NCBI GenBank assembly: GCA_947451105.1
Contig: CANFXY010000001.1
Location: 280 to 64,279 of the forward strand
DNA from: Bacteroidota bacterium
GTDB taxonomy: Bacteria > Bacteroidota > Bacteroidia > NS11-12g > UBA955
DNA: 64,000 nucleotides
Direction of reading: 5' to 3'
How positions within the stretch are numbered: the first letter of the stretch is position 1; each line of letters starts with the position of its first letter. The notes below the pieces were generated by a model, which saw only the letters and a program-made list of their open reading frames with translations, ran no database searches and was not told the DNA's origin. The translations under genes were made by a program, and so were the position numbers. Below, piece after piece: positions 38,901 through 48,047 of this stretch.

Positions 38901-40973
38901 GAAGATATTATTGTCAACTGTGTATACTTCTCCTCCAGGATACTCTACGCCATTGCTTTCGTCAAATGTACCATCTTTGGGCATTGGACCTTGGTATCCA
39001 TATGGTGTTGATTTACAAGTTAACCATTTCCATTTATTGGTTCCCTTTTTAATAGCACCCAAATGATATTGAGTTCCACTCAGTCCTGTTTTCCATTTAT
39101 TAAAACAAATCAACATATCAGAATTTGTTTTAACTGGAAATGAATTTGCATCATTTAATGGGTCTTCAATAATTTTCTTTGGAGTACTCGCAATTGTTGT
39201 AGGAGTAGACCAAACAGGATTGTTTTGGCTAAAGCCTGTTAATGTTCTTGATTCCCAATGACCAAATTTTCCAACTGTGCCATCTCCAATTAATGTTCGA
39301 ATAGTTCCATCACTGTCAATAATAAAGTTTTCAAATGAATTAAATACCAAACCTGTATAGCGAAGGTGACCAGTTGAAGGAAGTTCAACAATCTCTGGAA
39401 TTGGCAACGAATTGCCAAAGTTTTGCACAATCGCATATGTTCTTCCATTGCTAAGCGTTATGACGTTTCTCAGCACATCAGCTTTGTAGTCTTGGTAATA
39501 ATTTGATTTTATACCAGCTCTCCAATTTCTTAATAAGACCCAAGAACCGTTATTTGGTGCTAAGGTTTTTGAATAGTCGATTTTATATTCCAGGTATTCA
39601 TTGAACACTCTTGTTGGATTGTTTTTGTCCACTTCAACACTGTATGAATGCGGCAAAGAGGCTATGCAATTGATGAAAGATCGCGAAGCTGTATAGTGCT
39701 GAATTCTTTCATTGCCTGGGTCTCCAACCCAAAAAGAACTGTCTGCTTGAAAGGCGATGAAAGAACCTTTTATTTCTGTAGCTGGATGACTGAACATGAA
39801 TTTGTCGTTGCTTACAGAAGGGTCGGTAGAAAATCCACCGTATTGGCCTAGTGTCCATACCAATGTCCCAGTTGTATTGTTAAATGCTTTTACTTGTTGC
39901 GAATTTCCACCATCGCTTACCGCTATAATATAGTTGTTTGGCGAAACTGATATTGCAAGTGGCTCAAGTAGATTTCCGATGCTAAGTGTTGGAGCGGATA
40001 AAGTACCATTGCTGTTAATAGTAAATTTTTGCACAGTGTTGGTGCCTGAAATCATCCATAGATTGTCATTCATGTCAACACAAAGTTGGCGGGCATTTGT
40101 AATGGAAATATTTTGAACCAATGCGCCAGTTGTTTTATGTATAACGTGTAACTCATTTAAGCTGGCATGGGCAACAAATAAATAATTGCCGTTTTTTTGA
40201 ACTGCAATTCCTGAAATTCTTGCAAGTTTGTTGTTTGTATATGCATCGATAGCGGAAACATATGTTCGACCATAGGTTGCGCTGATAGAGACTCCATTAG
40301 AGAAAGTGGTTTCTTGGTCATTTGACACTTTTGTGGCATATACGAAACATTGGGCGGTGTTATATGGGTCAAATCCTGCCCAATAGACATTGTTTCCATC
40401 GGTACAGGTGAAATCGCTTTCTTGGTCTATTGGGTTGTTTTCACCCATCATGAGGCCAATTTTGCTTTGTATATTTTGTAAGCTAAATTTGTAAGCTGAG
40501 GTAATTCCTTCTGCATACCCAGTAGCATAATAAGCAAAGTTGCCAAAAATGGCCATTGATTTTGGACGGGCAAAATAACGGTGTTTACTCGACCCAGTCA
40601 TAGAGTCGGAAGTATTACCGATGCAAGCACCTTCCCAAGTATACGTTACATTGTTCGATAATACGCGAACAACAAAGCTGGTATCCTTTACAAGAAAACC
40701 ATTGTCATCTTTCCTGTCCCAATATTTGGTATAGCTTCCAGAAGCAAATTTCACGTTGCTCCATAGAGTGCGCACCAAAATGCTATCTTTTGTAAATATT
40801 CCTGCGCTGGTTGTGGCAGCTGTATTTAATGTAAAATTAATAGGAACCAATGCATTTTGAGACTGTAGCTCCATTAAGTTCAGTGAAAATGCACAGGCTA
40901 AAAGAAAGCGAAAAATTGGTTTCTTGTAAAAGACGCTAAGTCTTTTGGGTTCTGAATTCATTTTTGATTTCAT
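35985..40973 (-). CDS. 1662-aa T9SS cargo protein: FlgD-like Ig, putative beta-propeller, PA14, about five Ig-like repeats, T9SS CTD
   Basis: Signal peptide; LVRTLW...YWDRKDDNG; PA14-like FSCRWTG...YTFY...GVRLWVNG; repeated (F/I)CQG.SV.L...YLWSN; CTD IKIFPNP...IYNMYGQ...GSYVVKV. Confidence 0.8.
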   Translation of the reverse strand: MKSKMNSEPKRLSVFYKKPIFRFLLACAFSLNLMELQSQNALVPINFTLNTAATTSAGIFTKDSILVRTLWSNVKFASGSYTKYWDRKDDNGFLVKDTSFVVRVLSNNVTYTWEGACIGNTSDSMTGSSKHRYFARPKSMAIFGNFAYYATGYAEGITSAYKFSLQNIQSKIGLMMGENNPIDQESDFTCTDGNNVYWAGFDPYNTAQCFVYATKVSNDQETTFSNGVSISATYGRTYVSAIDAYTNNKLARISGIAVQKNGNYLFVAHASLNELHVIHKTTGALVQNISITNARQLCVDMNDNLWMISGTNTVQKFTINSNGTLSAPTLSIGNLLEPLAISVSPNNYIIAVSDGGNSQQVKAFNNTTGTLVWTLGQYGGFSTDPSVSNDKFMFSHPATEIKGSFIAFQADSSFWVGDPGNERIQHYTASRSFINCIASLPHSYSVEVDKNNPTRVFNEYLEYKIDYSKTLAPNNGSWVLLRNWRAGIKSNYYQDYKADVLRNVITLSNGRTYAIVQNFGNSLPIPEIVELPSTGHLRYTGLVFNSFENFIIDSDGTIRTLIGDGTVGKFGHWESRTLTGFSQNNPVWSTPTTIASTPKKIIEDPLNDANSFPVKTNSDMLICFNKWKTGLSGTQYHLGAIKKGTNKWKWLTCKSTPYGYQGPMPKDGTFDESNGVEYPGGEVYTVDNNIFWNYHGEFWKNSQTNIWNQYSDDGLMVGQFGITTLEGEAYNEEAFAMGAGNVFSSSIVKVGSDYYLYHNDESVHAGIHRWKISGLNSIAVQNSNITLKNVNGGLLGSYYDGNKLNNLKFKTSRVDSTIKLTIPPSQISSKTDFSCRWTGFVVPLYSQSYTFYTKTSKGVRLWVNGNLIIDNWSNSSLTQYSSSTIALIAGIQYRIKMEINGGTADLLWSCSSQSIQIIPTACLLPSETPDYASNIDLLEGLNHGNILENDLYGWSRNPTNEININWQNFWNIKTGVRSQTKEKPDLVARFCKDSVSYSVSRDLVIPNTCLSSYKLKGVMNLDENFPIVTNEIGGLYIDLVDNSGKIIARITQEMIYQGNTSPASIKINGKSIVTKSNAILNSIVHKNQAFTLEVNSNGVITFTYGDFAPVTAAPFDNTSKWSKPSAFRLNFISRQWVNYGQCISLIELSFEPKFNTAEITTPNSKICQGQSTTLTANNGSSYLWSNSSTSKSISVNSSGNYFVKVTDANGCQSTSMVLAVVINPNPTATITAKGPVAFCQGSNVILISNDAKSYKWSNDSITKSITISKTGTYALTITDSNGCISSSVQKSITVNPNPIIKLSANGPLSFCQGKSVSLSTTFNGSYLWSNSSSSQSINVNNSGTYYLKGTDTNGCFSNSDTMVVSVSILPQQKIIKSDKTTFCNGSFVDLSSSFSGTYLWSNAASTAKIRANQTGSFSFVGLDANGCQVKSDTIQVTVYPSPSETISNSGPLTFCQGDSVYLSAFSGLSYLWNTGDTTQTIKVKTSGTYFAELSNQYKCNALSNSVDVVVNRTPSPSITVNNVILTSSETNGNQWYLNGAPIQNATAQTYRAVSLGTYYVESSNGTCVGNSQTVTITSLSVDKQTLSNLIKIFPNPTNGTLNFENNLNKEYSLKIYNMYGQIIYSIESQGNLNINCTNFESGSYVVKVEIENQLFVQNIIKI

Positions 40974-41369
40974 TTTTTTGTATTGGATAAGTTGATGTTA
41001 AGTATTGGTATTATTAGGGTTTTTAACTTACTAGGTATTAAATCTTAGTGTTATAAAACCCCTAAATGATAAGTTATAATTTATTTTGTTATTCCTAATT
41101 GTTTTTCGAAAATGCCTGTTAAGTATTTGATATACAGTGCAATTTTTTTTTCAAAAAACAATTTTTTTAATGTATTTTATAATAAATCGAGACTATTTTT
41201 TTTTGATTAAGATTTTATAAACAAAAAAAAGTTCAATTTTTTCTGAATTAATAATTTCCCTGCTTTTTACTAAGGCTTATACATTGAAAGTTTCAATATT
41301 AATGCCACTTTAGATAAGTTTGTTTTAATAAAGTAATTGTATAACAATTACTTATAATTATACAAAAGT

Positions 41370-41984
41370 TTAAATCTTTTCAGCCTTTAAATCTGCCAAA
41401 AGGTCTTTAAATTCAAAAATGTTTCGATTTTCCAACCAATCCTTTTCGTTGGAGGAATTAAGTATAATTGGCATCCTTTTTTTTGAGTTATGGATGTCTA
41501 ACATGAGGCCCTTTGCCTCCGTTGTTATGATGCTATAGGTTTTAATAAGTTCCCCACTAGATTTATCTACCCATTTTGAATAAATACCAGCAAAAGCAAA
41601 AGCGTCGTTTTTGGGAAGATGGATCAAATATTTTTGCTTTTTTTTGCCAAGTTCATCTTGCCATTGCCATTCATAAAATCCATCGGCTAATATTAAACAC
41701 CTATTTTGGGTGCAGTTTTTAAAGGAAACCTTTTCTTGTATGGTTTCAATTCTTGCGTTTAGAGTGTTTTTTCGTATTTCTTTGTCCTTCGACCAAGATG
41801 GAATTAGGCCCCAATTGAACAATTGTATGGTATTGGGGTCCTCGTTACTAATCACTGGATTTAAGGGAAAAGAAAATCCGTTTATACTATCGTTTTCAAT
41901 AAAAAGTTCAGGATTGCTCATGCTTGCCTTGAAACGTTTTTCCAATTCAACGGCTTTTTTGCTTAATTTACTGTAAAAACACAT
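41370..41984 (-). CDS. SOS response-associated peptidase (SRAP/YedK/HMCES), abasic-site crosslinking protein
   Basis: Start MCF gives the catalytic Cys2. WGLIPSW, NARIET, RCLILADGFYEW, IHN..RMP. TAATG overlap with umuC. Confidence 0.92.
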   Translation of the reverse strand: MCFYSKLSKKAVELEKRFKASMSNPELFIENDSINGFSFPLNPVISNEDPNTIQLFNWGLIPSWSKDKEIRKNTLNARIETIQEKVSFKNCTQNRCLILADGFYEWQWQDELGKKKQKYLIHLPKNDAFAFAGIYSKWVDKSSGELIKTYSIITTEAKGLMLDIHNSKKRMPIILNSSNEKDWLENRNIFEFKDLLADLKAEKI

Positions 41985-43237
41985 TAGGTAATAATTGTAA
42001 TTATGTCTTTTATTTTGGTGGTGTAACTGGGAGAGAGTTTCTCTTGCCTCATTTTCCAAGTTTTGCCATTGGCTTGAGTCCCTAACCTTACCATGTGTTT
42101 TCCCATTAACTTGTTTAGTCTATCAACAGTCCTCATCAGCGGAGCGTGTTTCTGATTCTTTTGCTCAAAGATATTGCTTTGTTCCACCCCGTCTGTGCTT
42201 AAATCCATGGCAATAACCCCTGCTTTCTTATACGCGTATCCTTCCTTGAAAATTAGTCTCAATCCTTTGCAAGCAAAATTAACCAAATCAATGCCCGAAT
42301 TGCTCGGGTAAGGAAGTTTTATGATGATATTCTTTGCATATTGCGGCAAATCTTTCCTGTGCTCATTGGTGTGCACGAATACCATCAAACTGGAACAATG
42401 CTGTCTGTTTTCTCTAAGTTTTTCTGAACATGAAAATGCAAATGTTGCAACCCGCTCATGTACTTCTTCGAACTTGTTATAGTTGACATCGAATGACCTG
42501 CAACAAGAAATATTTTGTTTTGGCTTTTGCTTATCGATGCCCAAACTGTTGATTCCGGAAAGTTCGTATTTCAACCTCAGACCTACAACCGACATCTGTT
42601 GCTTAACCCAGCTGTCATTTAACTGAACAAAGTCGTGCGCATTTTTAACGCCGATTTTTTTCAAACGCTTAGCATGTTGGGATCCAATGCCCCAAACATC
42701 CTCTATTTTTAACCATTGAAGGGCTTTTTGTCTCTTGGTTTCATCGCCAATGGCATAAACATTTTTGGTCTTTTCAGGGTATTTTTTAGCTATCCTATTT
42801 GCTAATTTTGATAGTGCTTTGGTTGGTGCAAACCCTATACTAACTGGAATACCTGTCGAGCACAGAATTTTATTGCGTATTTTTAATCCCAAAGCTTCAA
42901 AATCCATATCCGAATTAAAACGCAAAAAGGCTTCGTCAATGCTGTAAACTTCCATTTCCGGAGAAAATTCACTCAAGATTTGCATCACCCTTGAACTCAT
43001 GTCGCCATAGAGTGCATAATTTGATGAAAATACATGCACATTGTTTTCTATAAATAATTTTTCAAATTCAAATGAGGGTGCGCCCATTGGAATGCCCAAT
43101 TTTTTAGCCTCGTTGCTTCTTGCAATTACACAACCATCATTGTTGGATAAAATAACCATTGGTTTGTTGTTGAGGTCGGGTCTGAATACCCGCTCACAGG
43201 AGGCATAAAAGTTATTGCAATCAATGAGTGCGAACAT
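41984..43237 (-). CDS. umuC: Y-family DNA polymerase V subunit
   Basis: MFALIDCNNFYASCE, LSNNDGC, YSIDE, VWGIG, C-terminal WKMRQEKLSPSYTT. TAATG overlap with umuD. Confidence 0.93.
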   Translation of the reverse strand: MFALIDCNNFYASCERVFRPDLNNKPMVILSNNDGCVIARSNEAKKLGIPMGAPSFEFEKLFIENNVHVFSSNYALYGDMSSRVMQILSEFSPEMEVYSIDEAFLRFNSDMDFEALGLKIRNKILCSTGIPVSIGFAPTKALSKLANRIAKKYPEKTKNVYAIGDETKRQKALQWLKIEDVWGIGSQHAKRLKKIGVKNAHDFVQLNDSWVKQQMSVVGLRLKYELSGINSLGIDKQKPKQNISCCRSFDVNYNKFEEVHERVATFAFSCSEKLRENRQHCSSLMVFVHTNEHRKDLPQYAKNIIIKLPYPSNSGIDLVNFACKGLRLIFKEGYAYKKAGVIAMDLSTDGVEQSNIFEQKNQKHAPLMRTVDRLNKLMGKHMVRLGTQANGKTWKMRQEKLSPSYTTKIKDIITIIT

Positions 43238-43686
43238 TAGAATGACTTTATGACATGGATGACAATACCCCAAACTAAAAAATGATTTTCTTCACTGACT
43301 TTAATCGGTTTATAGGCATTGTTTGCAGGCATTAACCAACAAATATTGTCTTCTATTTTAATCCGTTTAACCGTGAATTCGCCATCAATAAAACAAATGG
43401 CAATCTTTCCATCTTTGGGTTCTAAACTTTTATCTATAACCAATAAATCGCCGTCCGAAATCCCAGCATCTTGCATAGAGTTTCCCTTCACTCGGCCATA
43501 AAAAGTTGCTGAGGGGTTCTTTATAAGTTCTCTGTTTAAATCTATGGCTAAGTCGATGAAATCTTGCGCAGGTGAGGGGAACCCAGCACTTATGCCACCA
43601 TCAATTAAGGGCAATTCTATGCTTACTTCAGTTAATGCTGAATAAATATCTAGGTGGTTGCTGTGGTGCAAATTGCTAAGCTTCAA
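43237..43686 (-). CDS. umuD: UmuD / S24 autopeptidase
   Basis: AGFPSPA cleavage site, GNSM (Ser), TVKR (Lys). TTG start placed at 43686 because the longer start lies inside the promoter box. Confidence 0.9.
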   Translation of the reverse strand: MKLSNLHHSNHLDIYSALTEVSIELPLIDGGISAGFPSPAQDFIDLAIDLNRELIKNPSATFYGRVKGNSMQDAGISDGDLLVIDKSLEPKDGKIAICFIDGEFTVKRIKIEDNICWLMPANNAYKPIKVSEENHFLVWGIVIHVIKSF

Positions 43687-43711
43687 TGGTTTTTTATTGC
43701 AAGTTGATACA

Positions 43712-43721
43712 TGCAAATTTA
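43712..43721 (-). promoter_or_regulatory. -7 promoter box for umuD-umuC-SRAP
   Basis: TAAATTTGCA. Confidence 0.6.
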
Positions 43722-43861
43722 ATTTTTTTTGGGCAAATTACTTTATCATTAATGTGTCAGTTATTAACTATTTCACACTAAAATTTAACAAACCGCATTA
43801 TACATTTGAATTGTTTCCAATTCTTAAATTTTTATTTTTGGTTATTAAAAAGAACGCCTAC

Positions 43862-44896
43862 CTAAGGGGTTCTTTTTTTTTGTGGTAAAATAAATTCTTC
43901 TTTATACAATTTGGCCAATAACAAACTCAAGGAAATAATCAGAGGGCCAAAAATTAACCCCCAAAACCCTAAGTAGCTTAACCCAATAATTACCCCTAAT
44001 ACGGTAATGATGGGGTGGGTACTTGCAAGTTTTTTCTGCAAAATAAATCTAAATACATTGTCGCTGCTGCCGATAATTAACAGGCCATAGAGAAACAATC
44101 CAATTCCGGCGTTTAAATGTCCATTGGCCATAATGAGTATTGAAAGGGGAACCCACGCCAGCATTGTGCCAACAAAAGGAATTACAGATGCAGCGCCGGT
44201 AATTAGTCCCCAAAGTATTGGTTCTTCTAATCCAAAAATAGAGTAGCCAATAATTGCAACTATGCCTTGTATCAGTCCTAAGATTAAAATACCTACGCCA
44301 TTGCTGAAAATAGACGTTTTTATGTGTTCAATTACTTTTCTGTGGTTTATTCGGTTGAACGGACTATTTACCTTCAAAAATCTTTCCATTTCAAATCCTT
44401 TATTGAGCATAAACCACAACAGAAAATACATGATTATGGTGTTGCTCAACAAATTTAAACTGTAATTAATAAGCCCAGGTGCGAAAGCTTGAACTATTCC
44501 CCCAATTTTATTTAACGTGGCGCTGGATAAAATTGAAAACTCAATGTATTGATTGATATAGGCATTCATTGCATGAAGTGCATCAACTATTGGCTTCGGC
44601 TCATTGAAATAAGGGATGATTTTTAGGGATAAGAAATTTCCGATTAAATAAATAGGCAATAAGATGAGTATGGCAGAGAGTAAAAGTAAAATTACCGTGC
44701 TCTTGCTGCGGGCTATTTTGTATTTCCTCTGCAGTTTTTTATGCGGTATACGCAGAATAACATACAAGGAAACCGCACCCAAAAAGGCGCTCAACATAAA
44801 CAACAAATGCTTTGCAATAAAAAGAAACAGGAGGCAAACAATAATTAAAAAAATAATTTGCCTAAGGTTTTGGTCTTGTTTTTCTGATTCTTTCAT
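43862..44896 (-). CDS. AI-2E family transporter
   Basis: Multi-TM; IPFVG, DNVFR, HP, G...GFWGLIFGP. Confidence 0.9.
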   Translation of the reverse strand: MKESEKQDQNLRQIIFLIIVCLLFLFIAKHLLFMLSAFLGAVSLYVILRIPHKKLQRKYKIARSKSTVILLLLSAILILLPIYLIGNFLSLKIIPYFNEPKPIVDALHAMNAYINQYIEFSILSSATLNKIGGIVQAFAPGLINYSLNLLSNTIIMYFLLWFMLNKGFEMERFLKVNSPFNRINHRKVIEHIKTSIFSNGVGILILGLIQGIVAIIGYSIFGLEEPILWGLITGAASVIPFVGTMLAWVPLSILIMANGHLNAGIGLFLYGLLIIGSSDNVFRFILQKKLASTHPIITVLGVIIGLSYLGFWGLIFGPLIISLSLLLAKLYKEEFILPQKKRTP

Positions 44897-44949
44897 TGCC
44901 TGTTATTGCGTTTATACAAATGTAAGGCTAATGCTTAAAAAAATAGAAT

Positions 44950-46221
44950 CTAGTTTCTGCCTTTATCTCTTCCACCACCATAAGACTTTTTCTGCGGTCT
45001 GTTACCTCCAGTCTTTGGCGCAGCGCCTTGTCCTTTATTGGGGCGAGGACCATGGGAAGGTTTTGCCGCCTTGGGTGGATTCTCAACCATCAGTGGGAAG
45101 TTATGGTCATTGTTAACTGGAATTTTCATGGCAATTAACTTTTCAATATTTTTGATGTCTACTCTTTCTTCTGCATCACAAAATGAATAGGCTGTTCCTT
45201 TGTTTCCTGCTCTACCCGTTCTGCCAATGCGGTGTACATAGGTTTCGGAAATATTCGGTATGTCATAATTGATCACATACTCAAGTTCATCCACATCAAT
45301 ACCTCTGGCTGCAATATCTGTTGCCACTAAAACACGGGTGGTTTGCGCCTTGAAATTAGCCAAGGCAGCTTGCCTAGCATTTTGGGCTTTGTTGCCATGG
45401 ATGGCTTGTGCTTTAATGTTGTTTTTAACCAATACTTTAACGATTTTATCTGCGCCGTGCTTGGTCCTTGTAAACACCAAAACTGTTTTGATTTTGCTGT
45501 CTTTTAAAATGTCCAACAACAAGGCGTTTTTATTTCCCTTGTCTACATAGTATAAAAACTGCTTGATTGTTTCTGCTGTTGACGATACGGGTGCAACCTC
45601 AACTTTTGCAGGATTGCTCAATATGCTGTTTGCCAATTTTACAATTTCAGGTGGCATGGTTGCCGAGAAAAATAAGGATTGTCTTTTTTGAGGAAGCGCA
45701 GCAATTAGTTTTTTAACATCATGTATGAAACCCATATCTAACATACGGTCGGCCTCATCTAATACAAACATTTCGATGTGTCTTAAAGTGATAAACCCTT
45801 GTTGCATAAGGTCAAGCAATCTGCCTGGAGTAGCTACCAAAATATCAATACCTCTTTGAAGTGCATTTACTTGGGAATGCTGTTTAACGCCTCCAAAAAT
45901 AACGGTATGGTTTAAGTTGTGGTATTTCCCATAGGCTTGTATGCTTTCGCCAATTTGGATGGCCAATTCTCTTGTTGGGGTTACAATCAAACAACGGATA
46001 CTCCTGTTTCTTTGTCGGTTCTCCTTGTTGTCTAATAATTGAATAATGGGAATTGAAAAAGCTGCTGTTTTTCCTGTGCCAGTTTGCGCGCAACCCAATA
46101 AGTCACGTCCCTCTAAAACGATAGGAATGGCTTTGGCTTGAATAGGCGTTGGTTGGGTATAGCCTTCTTCTGAAAGGGCTTTTAGTATCTCAGGTGTGAG
46201 ATTTAAATCTTGAAATGTCAT
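44950..46221 (-). CDS. DEAD-box RNA helicase (RhlE-like)
   Basis: Q motif [44 protein letters not shown], basic tail. Confidence 0.96.
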   Translation of the reverse strand: MTFQDLNLTPEILKALSEEGYTQPTPIQAKAIPIVLEGRDLLGCAQTGTGKTAAFSIPIIQLLDNKENRQRNRSIRCLIVTPTRELAIQIGESIQAYGKYHNLNHTVIFGGVKQHSQVNALQRGIDILVATPGRLLDLMQQGFITLRHIEMFVLDEADRMLDMGFIHDVKKLIAALPQKRQSLFFSATMPPEIVKLANSILSNPAKVEVAPVSSTAETIKQFLYYVDKGNKNALLLDILKDSKIKTVLVFTRTKHGADKIVKVLVKNNIKAQAIHGNKAQNARQAALANFKAQTTRVLVATDIAARGIDVDELEYVINYDIPNISETYVHRIGRTGRAGNKGTAYSFCDAEERVDIKNIEKLIAMKIPVNNDHNFPLMVENPPKAAKPSHGPRPNKGQGAAPKTGGNRPQKKSYGGGRDKGRN

Positions 46222-46357
46222 ATTTGTTTAATAAAATGCCGATAGGAACTTTTTTGAAAGAAACAATCGCTAAACCAATAAACTAAAAACCCTGAAAAGT
46301 TTTTTTGTGATATAAAGAGCCGTGAGATAAATATTCTGAATCAGATCCGAAAGGTTC

Positions 46358-46367
46358 TGCAAAGGTA
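46358..46367 (-). promoter_or_regulatory. -7 promoter box for the DEAD-box helicase (about 130-nt leader)
   Basis: TACCTTTGCA. Confidence 0.65.
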
Positions 46368-46470
46368 AGCTTTTTTAACGATTTTGTATCAATTGGCTTA
46401 TTGTGTTCCAATTATTGCCTATTGAAAATACAAGTAAAAGCCAATGATTGCCGAATCTTAAGAACAGAAT

Positions 46471-48042
46471 TTATATTTTTATCAGGTGTCGGCCAATTTG
46501 TCCGTTCAGACTAATTAGTTGGTAGTAATAATTGCCAGGTGGCAAATCGTTCCCGTCCAGATTAAAGGTATAGGTTCCTTTTTCATGTATATGATTGACC
46601 AATGTTTTAATTAGTCGGCCTCTGCTATCGAATAGTCTTAATTCTACTTTCCCGGTCGGCACGCTGTATTCAATGTTGGTGAAATCTTTAAATGGGTTTG
46701 GGTAGTTTTGCAACAAACTGATCTGCTCAGCCATAAAGTTTTTAACCCACAGGCCCTGTTTGAAAATAGGCAAGGTGTCAAAATGTTTCAACAGTAGGGA
46801 GGTATCTGTTTTGCTGCTTGGTGTTTGGAACCAGTCAATAAGCACGGAGGCATATATTTGTCTGAAGTCGTATTGCATTGGGATATTGTCTTCAACATTC
46901 ACTGTGCTTGGAATATTTGGATTGTTTCCAATGATTGTTGGATTCACTTGGGTGCCAAAAACAATTAATGGTGCAGCAGCACCATGGTCGGTTCCTCTGC
47001 TATCATTGCTTTTGATTCTTCTTCCAAATTCGCTATACGTCATGCCCGCCACACGGTCGGCAATCCCCAGCTTTTCGCAATCGTCTTGAAATGCTGCTAT
47101 AGCATCTGAAACGTTTTTCCAAAGTGAAGCATGGCTACCTGTTTCATTTCCGCCTGTTGAAGAAACTTGATTGGAATGGGTATCAAATCCACCCAAACTA
47201 ACGGTGTAGATTGGCGTCTTTAATCCGCCTGCAATTAGGTTGGCTACAATTTTTAATTGATCTGCCAGTGGGTTGTTGCTTGGATACGTGGCTTTGTTGC
47301 TTGTCGATTGTGCGGCAGCTTTAACGGTGTTGTTGTATTCCTGGGTTTGTTGTAGTACCAAGCGCACGTATGTTAATTCATGCCCAGCAGGCGTATTGGG
47401 AGCAGGGTCAACGGTTCCGCTAACCAATTGGTAAAAACTTGTAGGGTTAGAAATTGCCATGCCGGTATTGGCTGTGTTTCCCATCAATGCCGTTGAAACA
47501 CTGTAGCCAATTGAAATTGCAAGTGGATCAGGGTCATTGGCGTTCGGGTATCCTGTCGGAAATCCTGTGTAAAGATCTTCCAAATAACGCCCAGCCCAAC
47601 CTGAATTTAAAAATTGAGAACTCTCACTGGCCGTATTCCAAATATCGGTGGCTCTAAAATGTGAAAAATTTGGATTTGGATAACCAACAGCTTGAACAAT
47701 ATTAACTTTTTGGTTGTTAAACATGGTTCTTAGTCCTGTCATAGATGGATGCATGCCAACGCCATTAAATCCATTTAGGGTGAGTACTTTGTTTTCCTGG
47801 ATTAAGATATTGTTTCTGGCTTTGGACAAATTGCTGTATTGTTCGGTTGGGATAATTGTGTTTAAACCGTCATTGCCACCATTTAATTGTATCATAACAA
47901 ATACCCTCCCGTTTTTTGCCGCAGCTTCTGAAATAGCCTTAAGCATAGGTGTTGCGGCATAAGCCTGAAATTTCATGCCATCAATAAAAAATGGCAGCAT
48001 TGCAGCTGGGATTGCTTTCTTTAAAAAATCTTTTCTTTTCAT
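46471..48042 (-). CDS. DUF1501 protein with T9SS C-terminal domain
   Basis: GGNDGLN, SHFRATDIW, GWAGR, GGFDTH, SEFGRR, GTDHG, DFRQIYAS; C-terminal QNYPNPF...GNYYY. Confidence 0.88.
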   Translation of the reverse strand: MKRKDFLKKAIPAAMLPFFIDGMKFQAYAATPMLKAISEAAAKNGRVFVMIQLNGGNDGLNTIIPTEQYSNLSKARNNILIQENKVLTLNGFNGVGMHPSMTGLRTMFNNQKVNIVQAVGYPNPNFSHFRATDIWNTASESSQFLNSGWAGRYLEDLYTGFPTGYPNANDPDPLAISIGYSVSTALMGNTANTGMAISNPTSFYQLVSGTVDPAPNTPAGHELTYVRLVLQQTQEYNNTVKAAAQSTSNKATYPSNNPLADQLKIVANLIAGGLKTPIYTVSLGGFDTHSNQVSSTGGNETGSHASLWKNVSDAIAAFQDDCEKLGIADRVAGMTYSEFGRRIKSNDSRGTDHGAAAPLIVFGTQVNPTIIGNNPNIPSTVNVEDNIPMQYDFRQIYASVLIDWFQTPSSKTDTSLLLKHFDTLPIFKQGLWVKNFMAEQISLLQNYPNPFKDFTNIEYSVPTGKVELRLFDSRGRLIKTLVNHIHEKGTYTFNLDGNDLPPGNYYYQLISLNGQIGRHLIKI

Positions 48043-48047
48043 ACAAT

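Noticed and set aside
41985..43716. Longer starts for SRAP (42059), UmuC (43273) and UmuD (43716)
   Set aside because: SRAP needs Cys2, TAATG overlaps define the SRAP and UmuC starts, and the UmuD TTG lies within the promoter box.
34960..43860. Methyltransferase, giant protein and umu cassette as a mobile element or defence island
   Set aside because: No integrase, transposase, terminal repeats or recognisable defence domains.
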